Below are positions 12,001-25,824 of a stretch of 64,000 nucleotides of DNA, one piece after another. Under the pieces are notes generated by a model that did no database searches, was not told where the DNA came from, and saw only the letters and a program-made list of their open reading frames with translations. The number at the start of each line of letters is the position of its first letter. The first letter of the stretch is position 1. Made by a program: the position numbers and the translations under genes. Source of the DNA: Eledone cirrhosa (lineage: Eukaryota); contig OZ024755.1 in assembly GCA_964016885.1 (NCBI GenBank), forward strand, positions 38,812,001-38,876,000. The letters are read 5' to 3'.

Positions 12001-15000
12001 TGGAGGTGTAATGTGGGTTGGAGGTGTATGTGGGTTGGAGGTGTAATGTGGGTTGGAGGTGTAATGTCTGTTGGAGGTGTAATGTCTGTTGGAGGTGTAA
12101 TGTGGGTTGGAGGTGTATGTGGGTTGGAGGTGTAATGTCTGTTGGAGGTGTAATGTCTGTTGGAGGTGTAATGTGGGTTGGAGGTGTATGTGGGTTGGAG
12201 GTGTAATGTGGGTTGGAGGTGTAATGTCTGTTGGAGGTGTAATGTCTGTTGGAGGTGTAATGTGGGTTGGAGGTGTATGTGGGTTGGAGGTGTAATGTCT
12301 GTTGGAGGTGTAATGTCTGTTGGAGGTGTAATGTCAGTTGGAGGTGTAATGTGGGTTGTAGGTGTAATGTCTGTTGGAGCTGTAATGTCTGTTGGAGGTG
12401 TAATGTGGGTTGGAGGTGTATGTGGGTTGGAGGTGTAATGTGGGTTGGAGGTGTAATGTCTGTTGGAGGTGTTATGTCTGTTGGAGGTGTAATGTGGGTT
12501 GGAGGTGTATGTGGGTTGGAAGTGTAATGTCTGTTGGAGGTGTAATGTGGGTTGGAGGTGTATGTGGGTTGGAGGTGTAATGTGGGTGGAGGTGTAATGT
12601 CTGTTGGAGGTGGAATGTCTGTTGGAGGTGTAATGTGGGTTGGAGGTGTATGTGGGGTGGAGGTGTAATGTCTGTTGGAGGTGTAATGTCTGTTGGAGTT
12701 GTAATGTGGGTTGGAAGTGTAATGTCTGTTGGAGGTGTAATGTGGGTTGGAGGTGTAATGTCTGTTGGAGGTGTAATGTGGGTTGGAGGTGTAATGTGGG
12801 TTGGAGGTGTAATGTCTGTTGGAGGTGTAATGTCTGTTGGAGGTGTAATGTAGGTTGGAGGTGTAATGTGGGTTGGAGGTGTAATGTGGGTTGGAGGTGT
12901 ATGTGGGTTGGAGGTGTAATGTGGGTTGGAGGTGTAATGTGGCCTGGAGGTGTAATGTCTGTTGGAGATGTAATGTGGGTTGGAGGTGTAATGTGGGTTA
13001 GAGGTGTAATGTCTGTTGGAGGTGTAATGTCTGTTGGAGGTGTAATGTGGGTTGGAGGTGTAATGTGGGTTGGAGGTGTAATGTCTGTTGGAGTTGTAAT
13101 GTCTGTTGGAGGTGTAATGTCTGTTGGAGGTGTAATGTCTGTTGGAGGTGTAATGTCTGTTGGAGGTGTAATGTGGGTTGGAGGTGTAATGTGGGTTGGA
13201 GGTGTAATGTCTGTTGGAGGTGTAATGTGGGTTGGAGGTGTAATGTCTGTTGGAGGTGTAATGTGGGTTGGAGGTGTAATGTCTGTTGGAGGTGTAATGT
13301 GGGTTGGAGGTGTAATGTGGGTTGGAGGTGTAATATCTGTTGGAGGTGTAATGTGGGTTGGAGGTGTAATGTGGGTTGGAGGTGTAATGTCTGTTGGAGG
13401 TGTAATGTGGGTTGGAGGTGTAATGTCTGTTGGAGGTGTAATGTCTGTTGGAGGTGTAATGTGGGTTGGAGGTGTAATGTGGGTTGGAGGTGTAATGTGG
13501 GTTGGAGGTGTAATGTGGGTTGGAGATGTAATGTCTGTTGGAGGTGTAATGTCTGTTGGAGGTGTAATGTCTGTTGGAGGTGTAATGTCTGTTGTAGGTG
13601 TAATGTCTGTTGGAGGTGTAATGTGGTTTGGAGGTGTAATGTCTGTTGGAGGTGTAATGTGGGTTGGAGGTGTAATGTCTGTTGGAGGTGTAATGTCTGT
13701 TGGAGGTTTAATGTCTGTTGGAGGTGTAATGTGGGTTGGAGGTGTATGTGGGTTGGAGGTGTAATGTCTGTTGGAGGTGTAATGTCTGTTGGAGGTGTAA
13801 TGTCTGTTGGAGGTGTAATGTGGGTTGGAGGTGTATGTGGGTTGGAGGTGTAATGTGGGTGGAGGTGTAATGTCTGTTGGAGGTGTAATGTCTGTTGGAG
13901 GTGTAATGTGGGTTGGAGGTGTAATGTATGTTGGAGGTGTAATGTATGTTGGAGGTGTAATGTCTGTTGGAGGTGTAATGTGGGTTGGAGGTGTAATGTC
14001 TGTTGGAGGTGTAATGTGGGTTGGAGGTGTAATGTATGTTGGAGGTGTAATGTCTGTTGGAGGTGTAATGTCTGTTGGAGGTTTAATGTCTGTTGGAGGT
14101 GTAATGTCTGTTGGAGGTGTAATGTCTGTTGGAGGTGTAATGTGGGTTGGAGGTGTAATGTGGGTTGGAGGTGTAATGTGGGTTGGAGGTGTAATGTATG
14201 TTGGAGGTGTAATGTGGGTTGGAGGTGTAATGTCTGTTGGAGGTGTAATGTGGGTTGGAGGTGTAATGTCTGTTGGAGGTGTAATGTCTGTTGGAGGTGT
14301 AATGTGGGTTGGAGGTGTAATGTGGGTTGGAGGTGTAATGTATGTTGGAGGTGTAATGTGGGTTGGAGGTGTAATGTCTGTTGGAGGTGTAATGTGGGTT
14401 GGAGGTGTAATGTCTGTTGGAGGTGTAATGTCTGTTGGAGGTGTAATGTCTGTGGGAGGTGTAATGTCTGTTGGAGGTGTAATGTCTGTTGGAGGTGTAA
14501 TGTCTGTTGGAGGTGTAATGTGGGTTGGAGGTGTAATGTGGGTTGGAGGTGTAATGTCTGTTGGAGGTGTAATGTGGGTTGGAGGTGTAATGTGGGTTGG
14601 AGGTGTAATGTGGGTTGGAGGTGTAATGTCTGTTGGAGGTGTAATGTCTGTTGGAGGTGTAATGTCTGTTGGAGGTGTAATGTCTGTTGGAGGTGTAATG
14701 TGGGTTGGAGGTGTAATGTGGGTTGGAGGTGTAATGTCTGTTGGAGGTGTAATGTGGGTTGGAGGTGTAATGTCTGTTGGAGGTGTAATGTCTGTTGGAG
14801 GTGTAATGTCTGTGGGAGGTGTAATGTCTGTTGGAGGTGTAATGTCTGTTGGAGGTGTAATGTCTGTTGGAGGTGTAATGTGGGTTGGAGGTGTAATGTG
14901 GGTTGGAGGTGTAATGTCTGTTGGAGGTGTAATGTGGGTTGGAGGTGTAATGTGGGTTGGAGGTGTAATGTGGGTTGGAGGTGTAATGTCTGTTGGAGGT

Positions 15001-18000
15001 GTAATGTCTGTTGGAGGTGTAATGTCTGTTGGAGGTGTAATGTCTGTTGGAGGTGTAATGTGGGTTGGAGGTGTAATGTGGGTTGGAGGTGTAATGTCTG
15101 TTGGAGGTGTAATGTGGGTTGGAGGTGTAATGTCTGTTGGAGGTGTAATGTCTGTTGGAGGTGTAATGTCTGTTGGAGGTGTAATGTCTGTTGGAGGTGT
15201 AATGTGGGTTGGAGGTGTAATGTGGGTTGGAGGTGTAATGTCTGTTGGAGCTGTAATGTCTGTTGGAGGTGTAATGTCTGTTGGAGGTGTAATGTGGGTT
15301 GGAGGTGTAATGTCTGTTGGAGGTGTAATGTCTGTTGGAGGTGTAATGTCTGTGGGAGGTGTAATGTCTGTTGGAGGTGTAATGTCTGTTGGAGGTGTAA
15401 TGTCTGTTGGAGGTGTAATGTGGGTTGGAGGTGTAATGTGGGTTGGAGGTGTAATGTCTGTTGGAGGTGTAATGTCTGTTGGAGGTGTAATGTCTGTGGG
15501 AGGTGTAATGTGGGTTGGAGGTGTAATGTGGGTTGGAGGTGTAATGTCTGTTGGAGGTGTAATGTCTGTTGGAGGTGTAATGTCTGTGGGAGGTGTAATG
15601 TCTGTTGGAGGTGTAATGTCTGTTGGAGGTGTAATGTCTGTTGGAGGTGTAATGTGGGTTGGAGGTGTAATGTGGGTTGGAGGTGTAATGTCTGTTGGAG
15701 GTGTAATGTCTGTTGGAGGTGTAATGTCTGTTGGAGGTGTAATGTGGGTTGGAGGTGTAATGTGGGTTGGAGGTGTAATGTGGGTTGGAGGTGTAATGTC
15801 TGTTGGAGGTGTAATGTGGGTTGGAGGTGTAATGTCTGTTGGAGGTGTAATGTCTGTTGGAGGTGTAATGTCTGTTGGAGGTGTAATGTCTGTTGGAGGT
15901 GTAATGTGGGTTGGAGGTGTAATGTGGGTTGGAGGTGTAATGTCTGTTGGAGCTGTAATGTCTGTTGGAGGTGTAATGTCTGTTGGAGGTGTAATGTGGG
16001 TTGGAGGTGTAATGTGGGTTGGAGGTGTAATGTGGGTTGGAGGTGTAATGTCTGTTGGAGGTGTAATGTCTGTTGGAGGTGTAATGTCTGTTGGAGGTGT
16101 AATGTCTGTTGGAGGTGTAATGTGGGTTGGAGGTGTAATGTGGGTTGGAGGTGTAATGTCTGTTGGAGCTGTAATGTCTGTTGGAGGTGTAATGTCTGTT
16201 GGAGGTGTAATGTGGGTTGGAGGTGTAATGTGGGTTGGAGGTGTAATGTCTGTTGGAGGTGTAATGTGGGTTGGAGGTGTAATGTGGGTTGGAGGTGTAA
16301 TGTGGGTTGGAGGTGTAATGTCTGTTGGAGGTGTAATGTGGGTTGGAGGTGTAATGTCTGTTGGAGGTGTAATGTCTGTTGGAGGTGTAATGTCTGTTGG
16401 AGGTGTAATGTCTGTTGGAGGTGTAATGTGGGTTGGAGATGTAATGTGGGTTGGAGGTGTAATGTCTGTTGGAGCTGTAATGTCTGTTGGAGGTGTAATG
16501 TCTGTTGGAGGTGTAATGTGGGTTGGAGGTGTAATGTGGGTTGGAGGTGTAATGTCTGTTGGAGGTGTAATGTGGGTTGGAGGTGTAATGTGGGTTGGAG
16601 GTGTAATGTGGGTTGGAGGTGTAATGTCTGTTGGAGGTGTAATGTCTGTTGGAGGTGTAATGTGGGTTGGAGTTGTAATGTCTGTTGGAGGTGTAATGTG
16701 GGTTGGAGGTGTAATGTGGGTTGGAGGTGTAATGTCTGTTGGAGGTGTAATGTGGGTTGGAGGTGTAATGTGGGTTGGAGGTGTAATGTGGGTTGGAGGT
16801 GTAATATCTGTTGGAGGTGTAATGTGGGTTGGAGGTGTAATGTGGGTTGGAGGTGTAATGTCTGTTGGAGGTGTAATGTCTGTTGGAGGTGTAATGTGGG
16901 TTGGAGGTGTAATGTGGGTTGGAGGTGTAATGTCTGTTGGAGGTGTAATGTCTGATGGAGGTGTAATGTGGGTTGGAGGTGTAATGTGGGTTGGAGGTGT
17001 AATGTCTGTTGGAGGTGTAATGTCTGTTGCAGGTGTAATGTGGGTTGGAGCTGTAATGTCTGTTGGAGGTGTAATGTGGGTTGGAGGTGTAATGTCTGTT
17101 GGAGGTGTAATGTGGGTTGGAGGTGTAATGTCTGTTGGAGGTGTAATGTGGGTTGGAGGTGTAATGTGGGTTGGAGGTGTAATGTCTGTTGGAGGTGTAA
17201 TGTCTGTTGGAGGTGTAATGTGGGTTGGAGCTGTAATGTGGGTTGGAGGTGTAATGTCTGTTGGAGGTGTAATGTCTGATGGAGGTGTAACGTGGGTTGG
17301 AGGTGTAATGTGGGTTGGAGGTGTAATGTCTGTTGGAGGTGTAATGTCTGTTGCAGGTGTAATGTGGGTTGGAGCTGTAATGTCTGTTGGAGGTGTAATG
17401 TGGGTTGGAGGTGTAATGTGGGTTGGAGGTGTAATGTCTGTTGGAGGTGTAATGTGGGTTGGAGGTGTAATGTGGGTTGGAGGTGTAATGTGGGTTGGAG
17501 GTGTAATATCTGTTGGAGGTGTAATGTGGGTTGGAGGTGTAATGTGGGTTGGAGGTGTAATGTCTGTTGGAGGTGTAATGTCTGTTGGAGGTGTAATGTG
17601 GGTTGGAGGTGTAATGTGGGTTGGAGGTGTAATGTCTGTTGGAGGTGTAATGTCTGTTGGAGGTGTAATGTGGGTTGGAGGTGTAATGTGGGTTGGAGGT
17701 GTAATGTCTGTTGGAGGTGTAATGTCTGTTGCAGGTGTAATGTGGGTTGGAGCTGTAATGTCTGTTGGAGGTGTAATGTGGGTTGGAGGTGTAATGTGGG
17801 TTGGAGGTGTAATGTCTGTTGGAGGTGTAATGTCTGTTGGAGGTGTAATGTGGGTTGGAGGTGTAATGTGGGTTGGAGGTGTAATGTCTGTTGGAGGTGT
17901 AATGTCTGATGGAGGTGTAACGTGGGTTGGAGGTGTAATGTGGGTTGGAGGTGTAATGTCTGTTGGAGGTGTAATGTCTGTTGCAGGTGTAATGTGGGTT

Positions 18001-21000
18001 GGAGCTGTAATGTCTGTTGGAGGTGTAATGTGGGTTGGAGGTGTAATGTGGGTTGGAGGTGTAATGTCTGTTGGAGGTGTAATGTGGGTTGGAGGTGTAA
18101 TGTGGGTTGGAGGTGTAATATCTGTTGGAGGTGTAATGTGGGTTGGAGGTGTAATGTGGGTTGGAGGTGTAATGTCTGTTGGAGGTGTAATGTCTGTTGG
18201 AGGTGTAATGTCTGTTGGAGGTGTAATGTGGGTTGGAGGTGTAATGTGGGTTGGAGGTGTAATGTCTGTTGGAGGTGTAATGTCTGATGGAGGTGTAACG
18301 TGGGTTGGAGGTGTAATGTGGGTTGGAGGTGTAATGTCTGTTGGAGGTGTAATGTCTGTTGGAGGTGTAATGTGGGTTGGAGGTGTAATGTGGGTTGGAG
18401 GTGTAATGTGGGTTGGAGGTGTAATGTCTGTTGGAGGTGTAATGTGGGTTGGAGGTGTAATGTCTGTTGGAGGTGTAATGTCTGTTGGAGGTGTAATGTC
18501 TGTTGGAGGTGTAATGTCTGTTGGAGGTGTAATGTGGGTTGGAGGTGTAATGTGGGTTGGAGGTGTAATGTCTGTTGGAGCTGTAATGTCTGTTGGAGGT
18601 GTAATGTCTGTTGGAGGTGTAATGTGGGTTGGAGGTGTAATGTGGGTTGGAGGTGTAATGTGGGTTGGAGGTGTAATGTCTGTTGGAGGTGTAATGTCTG
18701 TTGGAGGTGTAATGTCTGTTGGAGGTGTAATGTGGGTTGGAGGTGTAATGTGGGTTGGAGGTGTAATGTCTGTTGGAGCTGTAATGTCTGTTGGAGGTGT
18801 AATGTCTGTTGGAGGTGTAATGTGGGTTGGAGGTGTAATGTGGGTTGGAGGTGTAATGTCTGTTGGAGGTGTAATGTGGGTTGGAGGTGTAATGTGGGTT
18901 GGAGGTGTAATGTGGGTTGGAGGTGTAATGTCTGTTGGAGGTGTAATGTGGGTTGGAGGTGTAATGTCTGTTGGAGGTGTAATGTCTGTTGGAGGTGTAA
19001 TGTCTGTTGGAGGTGTAATGTCTGTTGGAGGTGTAATGTGGGTTGGAGATGTAATGTGGGTTGGAGGTGTAATGTCTGTTGGAGCTGTAATGTCTGTTGG
19101 AGGTGTAATGTCTGTTGGAGGTGTAATGTGGGTTGGAGGTGTAATGTGGGTTGGAGGTGTAATGTCTGTTGGAGGTGTAATGTGGGTTGGAGGTGTAATG
19201 TGGGTTGGAGGTGTAATGTGGGTTGGAGGTGTAATGTCTGTTGGAGGTGTAATGTCTGTTGGAGGTGTAATGTGGGTTGGAGTTGTAATGTCTGTTGGAG
19301 GTGTAATGTGGGTTGGAGGTGTAATGTGGGTTGGAGGTGTAATGTCTGTTGGAGGTGTAATGTGGGTTGGAGGTGTAATGTGGGTTGGAGGTGTAATGTG
19401 GGTTGGAGGTGTAATATCTGTTGGAGGTGTAATGTGGGTTGGAGGTGTAATGTGGGTTGGAGGTGTAATGTCTGTTGGAGGTGTAATGTCTGTTGGAGGT
19501 GTAATGTGGGTTGGAGGTGTAATGTGGGTTGGAGGTGTAATGTCTGTTGGAGGTGTAATGTCTGATGGAGGTGTAATGTGGGTTGGAGGTGTAATGTGGG
19601 TTGGAGGTGTAATGTCTGTTGGAGGTGTAATGTCTGTTGCAGGTGTAATGTGGGTTGGAGCTGTAATGTCTGTTGGAGGTGTAATGTGGGTTGGAGGTGT
19701 AATGTCTGTTGGAGGTGTAATGTGGGTTGGAGGTGTAATGTCTGTTGGAGGTGTAATGTGGGTTGGAGGTGTAATGTGGGTTGGAGGTGTAATGTCTGTT
19801 GGAGGTGTAATGTCTGTTGGAGGTGTAATGTGGGTTGGAGCTGTAATGTGGGTTGGAGGTGTAATGTCTGTTGGAGGTGTAATGTCTGATGGAGGTGTAA
19901 CGTGGGTTGGAGGTGTAATGTGGGTTGGAGGTGTAATGTCTGTTGGAGGTGTAATGTCTGTTGCAGGTGTAATGTGGGTTGGAGCTGTAATGTCTGTTGG
20001 AGGTGTAATGTGGGTTGGAGGTGTAATGTCTGTTGGAGGTGTAATGTGGGTTGGAGGTGTAATGTGGGTTGGAGGTGTAATGTGGGTTGGAGGTGTAATG
20101 TCTGTTGGAGGTGTAATGTGGGTTGGAGGTGTAATGTGGGTTGGAGGTGTAATGTCTGTTGGAGGTGTAATGTGGGTTGGAGGTGTAATGTGGGTTGGAG
20201 GTGTAATGTCTGTTGGAGGTGTAATGTGGGTTGGAGGTGTAATGTCTGTTGGAGGTGTAATGTGGGTTGGAGGTGTAATGTGGGTTGGAGGTGTAATGTG
20301 GGTTGGAGGTGTAATGTCTGTTGGAGGTGTAATGTGGGTTGGAGGTGTAATGTGGGTTGGAGGTGTAATGTGGGTTGGAGGTGTAATGTGGGTTGGAGGT
20401 GTAATGTGGGTTGGAGGTGTAATGTCTGTTGGAGGTGTAATGTGGGTTGGAGGTGTAATGTCTGTTGGAGGTGTAATGTGGGTTGGAGGTGTAATGTGGG
20501 TTGGAGGTGTAATGTGGGTTGGAGGTGTAATGTCTGTTGGAGGTGTAATGTGGGTTGGAGGTGTAATGTGGGTTGGAGGTGTAATGTGGGTTGGAGGTGT
20601 AATGTGGGTTGGAGGTGTAATGTGGGTTGGAGGTGTAATGTGGGTTGGAGGTGTAATGTGGGTTGGAGGTGTAATATCTGTTGGAGGTGTAATGTGGGTT
20701 GGAGGTGTAATGTGGGTTGGAGGTGTAATGTCTGTTGGAGGTGTAATGTCTGTTGGAGGTGTAATGTGGGTTGGAGGTGTAATGTGGGTTGGAGGTGTAA
20801 TGTCTGTTGGAGGTGTAATGTCTGTTGGAGGTGTAATGTGGGTTGGAGGTGTAATGTGGGTTGGAGGTGTAATGTCTGTTGGAGGTGTAATGTCTGTTGC
20901 AGGTGTAATGTGGGTTGGAGCTGTAATGTCTGTTGGAGGTGTAATGTGGGTTGGAGGTGTAATGTGGGTTGGAGGTGTAATGTCTGTTGGAGGTGTAATG

Positions 21001-21535
21001 TCTGTTGGAGGTGTAATGTGGGTTGGAGGTGTAATGTGGGTTGGAGGTGTAATGTCTGTTGGAGGTGTAATGTCTGATGGAGGTGTAACGTGGGTTGGAG
21101 GTGTAATGTGGGTTGGAGGTGTAATGTCTGTTGGAGGTGTAATGTCTGTTGCAGGTGTAATGTGGGTTGGAGCTGTAATGTCTGTTGGAGGTGTAATGTG
21201 GGTTGGAGGTGTAATGTGGGTTGGAGGTGTAATGTCTGTTGGAGGTGTAATGTGGGTTGGAGGTGTAATGTGGGTTGGAGGTGTAATATCTGTTGGAGGT
21301 GTAATGTGGGTTGGAGGTGTAATGTGGGTTGGAGGTGTAATGTCTGTTGGAGGTGTAATGTCTGTTGGAGGTGTAATGTCTGTTGGAGGTGTAATGTGGG
21401 TTGGAGGTGTAATGTGGGTTGGAGGTGTAATGTCTGTTGGAGGTGTAATGTCTGATGGAGGTGTAACGTGGGTTGGAGGTGTAATGTGGGTTGGAGGTGT
21501 AATGTCTGTTGGAGGTGTAATGTGGGTTGGAGGTG
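1..21535. repeat. 18-bp minisatellite, consensus GGAGGTGTAATGT(GG/CT)GTT, roughly 1,190 units, runs off the left edge of the window
   Basis: Continuous tandem 18-mer read directly; two dominant variants (TGGGTT / TCTGTT) plus rare substitutions and 17-bp deletion units; ends abruptly at ...ggaggtg|aaatcag. Confidence 0.99.
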
Positions 21536-21607
21536 AAATCAGAAACTTGAAAAACAGACTAAGATAATCATACAACGTGTAGATTACCGTGTAGACTAAC
21601 ACCACTG

Positions 21608-22250
21608 TATATATAATGTAAAGTATGTATATAATGTAAAGTATGTATATAATGTAGAGTATATATATATAATGTAGAGTATATATATATAATGTAGAGT
21701 ATATAATGTAGAGTTTATATAGAATGTAGAGTATGTATATAATGTAGAATATGTATAGAATGCAGAGTATATATAGATTGTACTGTATATATATAATGTA
21801 GAGTATATATAGAATGTAGAGTATGTATATAATGTAGAGTATCTATATAATGTAGAGTATGTATAGAATGTAGAGTATATAACGTAGAGTATATATAGAA
21901 TGTAGAGTATATAACGTTGAGTATATAACGTAAAGTATATATAGAATGTAGCGTATATAACGTAGAGTATATATAGAATGTAGAGTATATAACGTAGAGT
22001 ATATATAGAATGTAGAGTATACAACGTTGAGTATATAACGTAAAGTATATATAGAATGTAGCGTATATAACGTAGAGTATATAAGGTAGAGTATATATAG
22101 AATGTAGCGTATATATATAATGTAGAGCATATATATAATGTAAATTATGTATAGAATGTAAAGTATGTATAAAATGCAGAGAATGTATATAATGTAATGT
22201 GTAGAATGTAGAGTATATATAGAATGTATATAATGTATATACTGTAGATA
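21608..22250. repeat. Degenerate ~18-22 bp AT-rich tandem repeat (TATATAATGTAGAGTA-like)
   Basis: Recurrent aatgtagagtatata / aacgtagagtatata motifs. Confidence 0.9.
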
Positions 22251-22269
22251 ATATATTAAGATGAGAGCC

Positions 22270-22705
22270 AATCAAAGAATCAGACCTGCCAAGCCTGGCA
22301 GGGAAATATGTCTTCCTTGAAACAGGTGGGAAACGTAGCAGCAGACAGAATAAATGGGTCCAAAGTTAAGACATGGGAGGATTTTGTAGTTAAGCTGGAA
22401 TCTGACTTTAGATCAGCAAATAAAATATTCTGCCAGACACTCTACCGACTTTGTAATAAGAAGTCGCGCTCTGCGCTTCCTCGTAGGAACTCATCTAGGA
22501 CGGGGTCTCCTCTCTTCAGAGAAGTGCATCCATGAGAGGAGGACAGAATACTTAGCTGATCTTTTAAATCCGATCACAACAACATCTGATGTACATGAGA
22601 TCCATTTGGGAACGGTGGGTAACCTCTCAAGGACTGAGAGGTTAGCCACCGTTAGCCCTAACCCTAACCCAAAAGCAATTAAAGAGCTCAAATGTGGTAA
22701 AGCCT
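22270..22705 (+). mobile_element. Decayed RTE-clade LINE fragment (region between endonuclease and RT)
   Basis: Translation KTWEDFVVKLESDFRSANKIFCQTLYRL resembles the W-E-E-F...DFRSA.K.FWQT..RL linker of RTE LINEs (recalled similarity); frameshifted. Confidence 0.6.
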
Positions 22706-23164
22706 CCTACGAAAAAGACTGACTGAACACATTTCTTTTAGCTAAGTTGTGGCAACTTAGGCAAGTGTTGTTACAGCCTGGCCACACTCATGCTTTGCTA
22801 AATCACTTCATCATGCAATGTGAGGCTTTTTAGTAGCCTTCTTAGTATTGAATCCTACGAGAATTCTGGTTTAAAGAAACGAATTAATCATTGAATAGAC
22901 GCTTCTCTCTCCACTCCACCACACTAATTCTCTCTATTCCCTCACTTTACTCATCCCTCTCTCTCTTACCTCTACCGCTCACTCTATCCCCCCCTCTCTC
23001 TCCCTCTCTCTACCCCTCTCTCACACACTCTTGTTTATCACTCCCGTTTCATTTCTTCCTTTATTTTCGATCTTCTATTCAAGTGATTAAGAATGATTTA
23101 TTTTCATGAAGAGATCATCCGTCTTCGGTGCTAATGTGTTAATTTGAGATGCATGGCGACTACG

Positions 23165-23363
23165 ATATACATACATATATATAGATACATATATACATAC
23201 ATACATAAATACATACATATATACGTATATACATATATATACACACATACATACATATATATATATATATATACATACATACACATACACATACATACAT
23301 ATATGTATACATACATACACATATGTACATACATATATATATACACATACATATATACATACA
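23165..23363. repeat. (TA/CATA)n microsatellite, 3' tail of the adjacent minus-strand RTE-derived element
   Basis: Direct reading. Confidence 0.95.
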
Positions 23364-23974
23364 CATGGTGGCTGCCAACTCATTTTCGAGTACGGCCACT
23401 ACTTTATATCCATGTAGGAGAACCCCTACCGATGCGCTGAACGAGTGTGACTTTTTAGTCCAGCCAGCGACTTGAAAACTCTGGCACAAACACTACACTT
23501 GTGACAATTATTGACACATAGTGCTGGGCCCATGGCACCATGTGACGACAAGTGCAGAGAGATCTCCAGATATAAAGCAATGCCTGTGCCGTGAAGCTTT
23601 TATAATGAGCAAAGGCACTGCACAAAGCCAGTCCCACTCTCTTAACCAAGATGATATTTACCAAAAAGAAGAACAATTCAACATCATTGGATGCCATCAG
23701 AGTTGCAGGTGTTATATCAGAGTTTTCCTTCTCCTAGAATTCTGCCTTGACAAAGGCTAAGGGGTCATCTCTCCCGGTGATTTTGGATGGCCATTGACTC
23801 TTAAGAGCTCCTTTGCCCTTTGACATGTTTTGTTTTTAGTCCTGCAGGATGTCCAAAGTCACCCTCCTCACCAAGAAACCTTGGTGGGGTTGCCAGTTTA
23901 GTCGCCAACGAACCGACCATGAGACAGGTTGTACTGGGATACATGTTACCAGTAGCACCAACTGGTGACCTGAC
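23364..23974 (-). mobile_element. Short (~610 bp) non-autonomous RTE-derived element, longest copy
   Basis: Minus strand carries the RTE 5'UTR-like motif ggagaaggaaaactctgat and, near its 3' end, a C2H2 remnant ([24 protein letters not shown]) typical of RTE ORF C-termini, followed by a (TGTA/TA)n tail; no RT; two more copies in the window. Confidence 0.7.
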
Positions 23975-24286
23975 ATATGTATATATATATATGTATGTAT
24001 ATATATACATACATATATATATACATACATACACACATATATATATATATATATATATACATACATATATACATATATACATACTTATATACATATATAC
24101 ATACATACACATATATATATATATACATACATATATACATATATACATACATACACATATATATATATATATATATATACATACATATATACATACATAC
24201 ATACATATATACATACATACATACATATATATACATACATATATACATACATACATACATATATATACATACATACATATATATAC

Positions 24287-24320
<34 letters not shown>

Positions 24321-24449
24321 ACATACATATATATATATACATACATATATATATACATACATATATACATACATACATATATATATACATACATATATAT
24401 ATACATACATATATATATACATACATACATACATATATACATACATACA

Positions 24450-24482
<33 letters not shown>

Positions 24483-24717
24483 CTATATATATACATACAT
24501 ACATATATATACATATATATATACATACATATACATATATATATATACATACATATACATATATATATACATACATATACATACATATATATATACATAC
24601 ATATACATATATATATACATACATATACATATATATATACATACATATACATATATATATACATACATATATATATACATACATATATATATACATACAT
24701 ATATATATATATACATA
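23975..24717. repeat. (TA/CATA)n compound microsatellite
   Basis: Direct reading. Confidence 0.97.
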
Positions 24718-24891
24718 TTTGGCGGCACAGCTACTTTTTGTCGATTTATTATTATTATTATTTTAGATCGATGTGGACGAACTGTGGTAAAATAATTAAT
24801 ATTCTTCAGTCTGGCTAACTTTCTTTTGCAATATAAATACAGATATGTTGGTATCTGTTTCATCATATATATTACTCATATATATTACTTT

Positions 24892-25573
24892 TATACATAT
24901 ATACATATATATATACATAGATACATATATATACATATATATATACATACATATATAAATACTTATATATATACATACATATATATATACATACATATAT
25001 ATATACATACATATATATATACATACATATATATATACATACATATATATATACATACATATATATATACATACATATATATATACATACATACATATAT
25101 ACATACATATATATATACATACATATATATATACATACATATATATATACATACATATATATATACATACATATATATATACATACATATATATATACAT
25201 ACATATATACATACATATATATATACATATATATATACATATATATATACATATATATATACATACATATATATATACATACATATATACATATATATAT
25301 ACATACATATATATAAACATATATATATACATACATACATATATATAAACATATATATATACATACATATATATATACATATATATATACATACATACAT
25401 ATATATAAACATATATATATACATACATATATATATACATATATATATACATACATACATATATATATACCTATAAACATACATACATATATATATATAC
25501 CTATATACATACATACATATATATATACCTATATACATACATACATATATATATACCTATATACATACATACA

Positions 25574-25611
<38 letters not shown>

Positions 25612-25722
25612 CAGATATATATATACATACATACACATATATACATATATACATATATACATACATATACATATATATATACATACATACATATACATAT
25701 ATATATACATACATACATATAT
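24892..25722. repeat. (TA/CATA)n compound microsatellite
   Basis: Direct reading. Confidence 0.97.
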
Positions 25723-25769
25723 ATAAAGTTAAATAAAAGTCAAATGATTAAAATTTAGCTTCGTTTATT

Positions 25770-25824
25770 ACTGCTATATATATTTCAGTGACAGCCATCT
25801 TTGGCTGTGACCTCTTCAGGCAGT
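25770..25824 (-). ncRNA. Minimal type-I hammerhead ribozyme (mirror copy)
   Basis: Exact reverse complement of 26497-26551. Confidence 0.85.

Noticed and set aside
1-21535. Telomeric repeat
   Set aside because: G-rich strand asymmetry is present, but the unit is not TTAGGG-like and no chromosome end can be shown
11883-21605. 3240-aa Pro/Thr-rich mucin-like ORF (PPTHIT/PPTDIT) and the VGGVMW / WRCNVG ORFs
   Set aside because: An 18-bp unit lacking stop codons is open in most frames by construction; 17-bp units shift frames freely; no non-repetitive domain or splice evidence
24718-24891. Unique island between microsatellites with a hairpin (acagata/tatctgt) and a ctgaaga motif
   Set aside because: No GAAA or stem I in the right arrangement; cannot be classified
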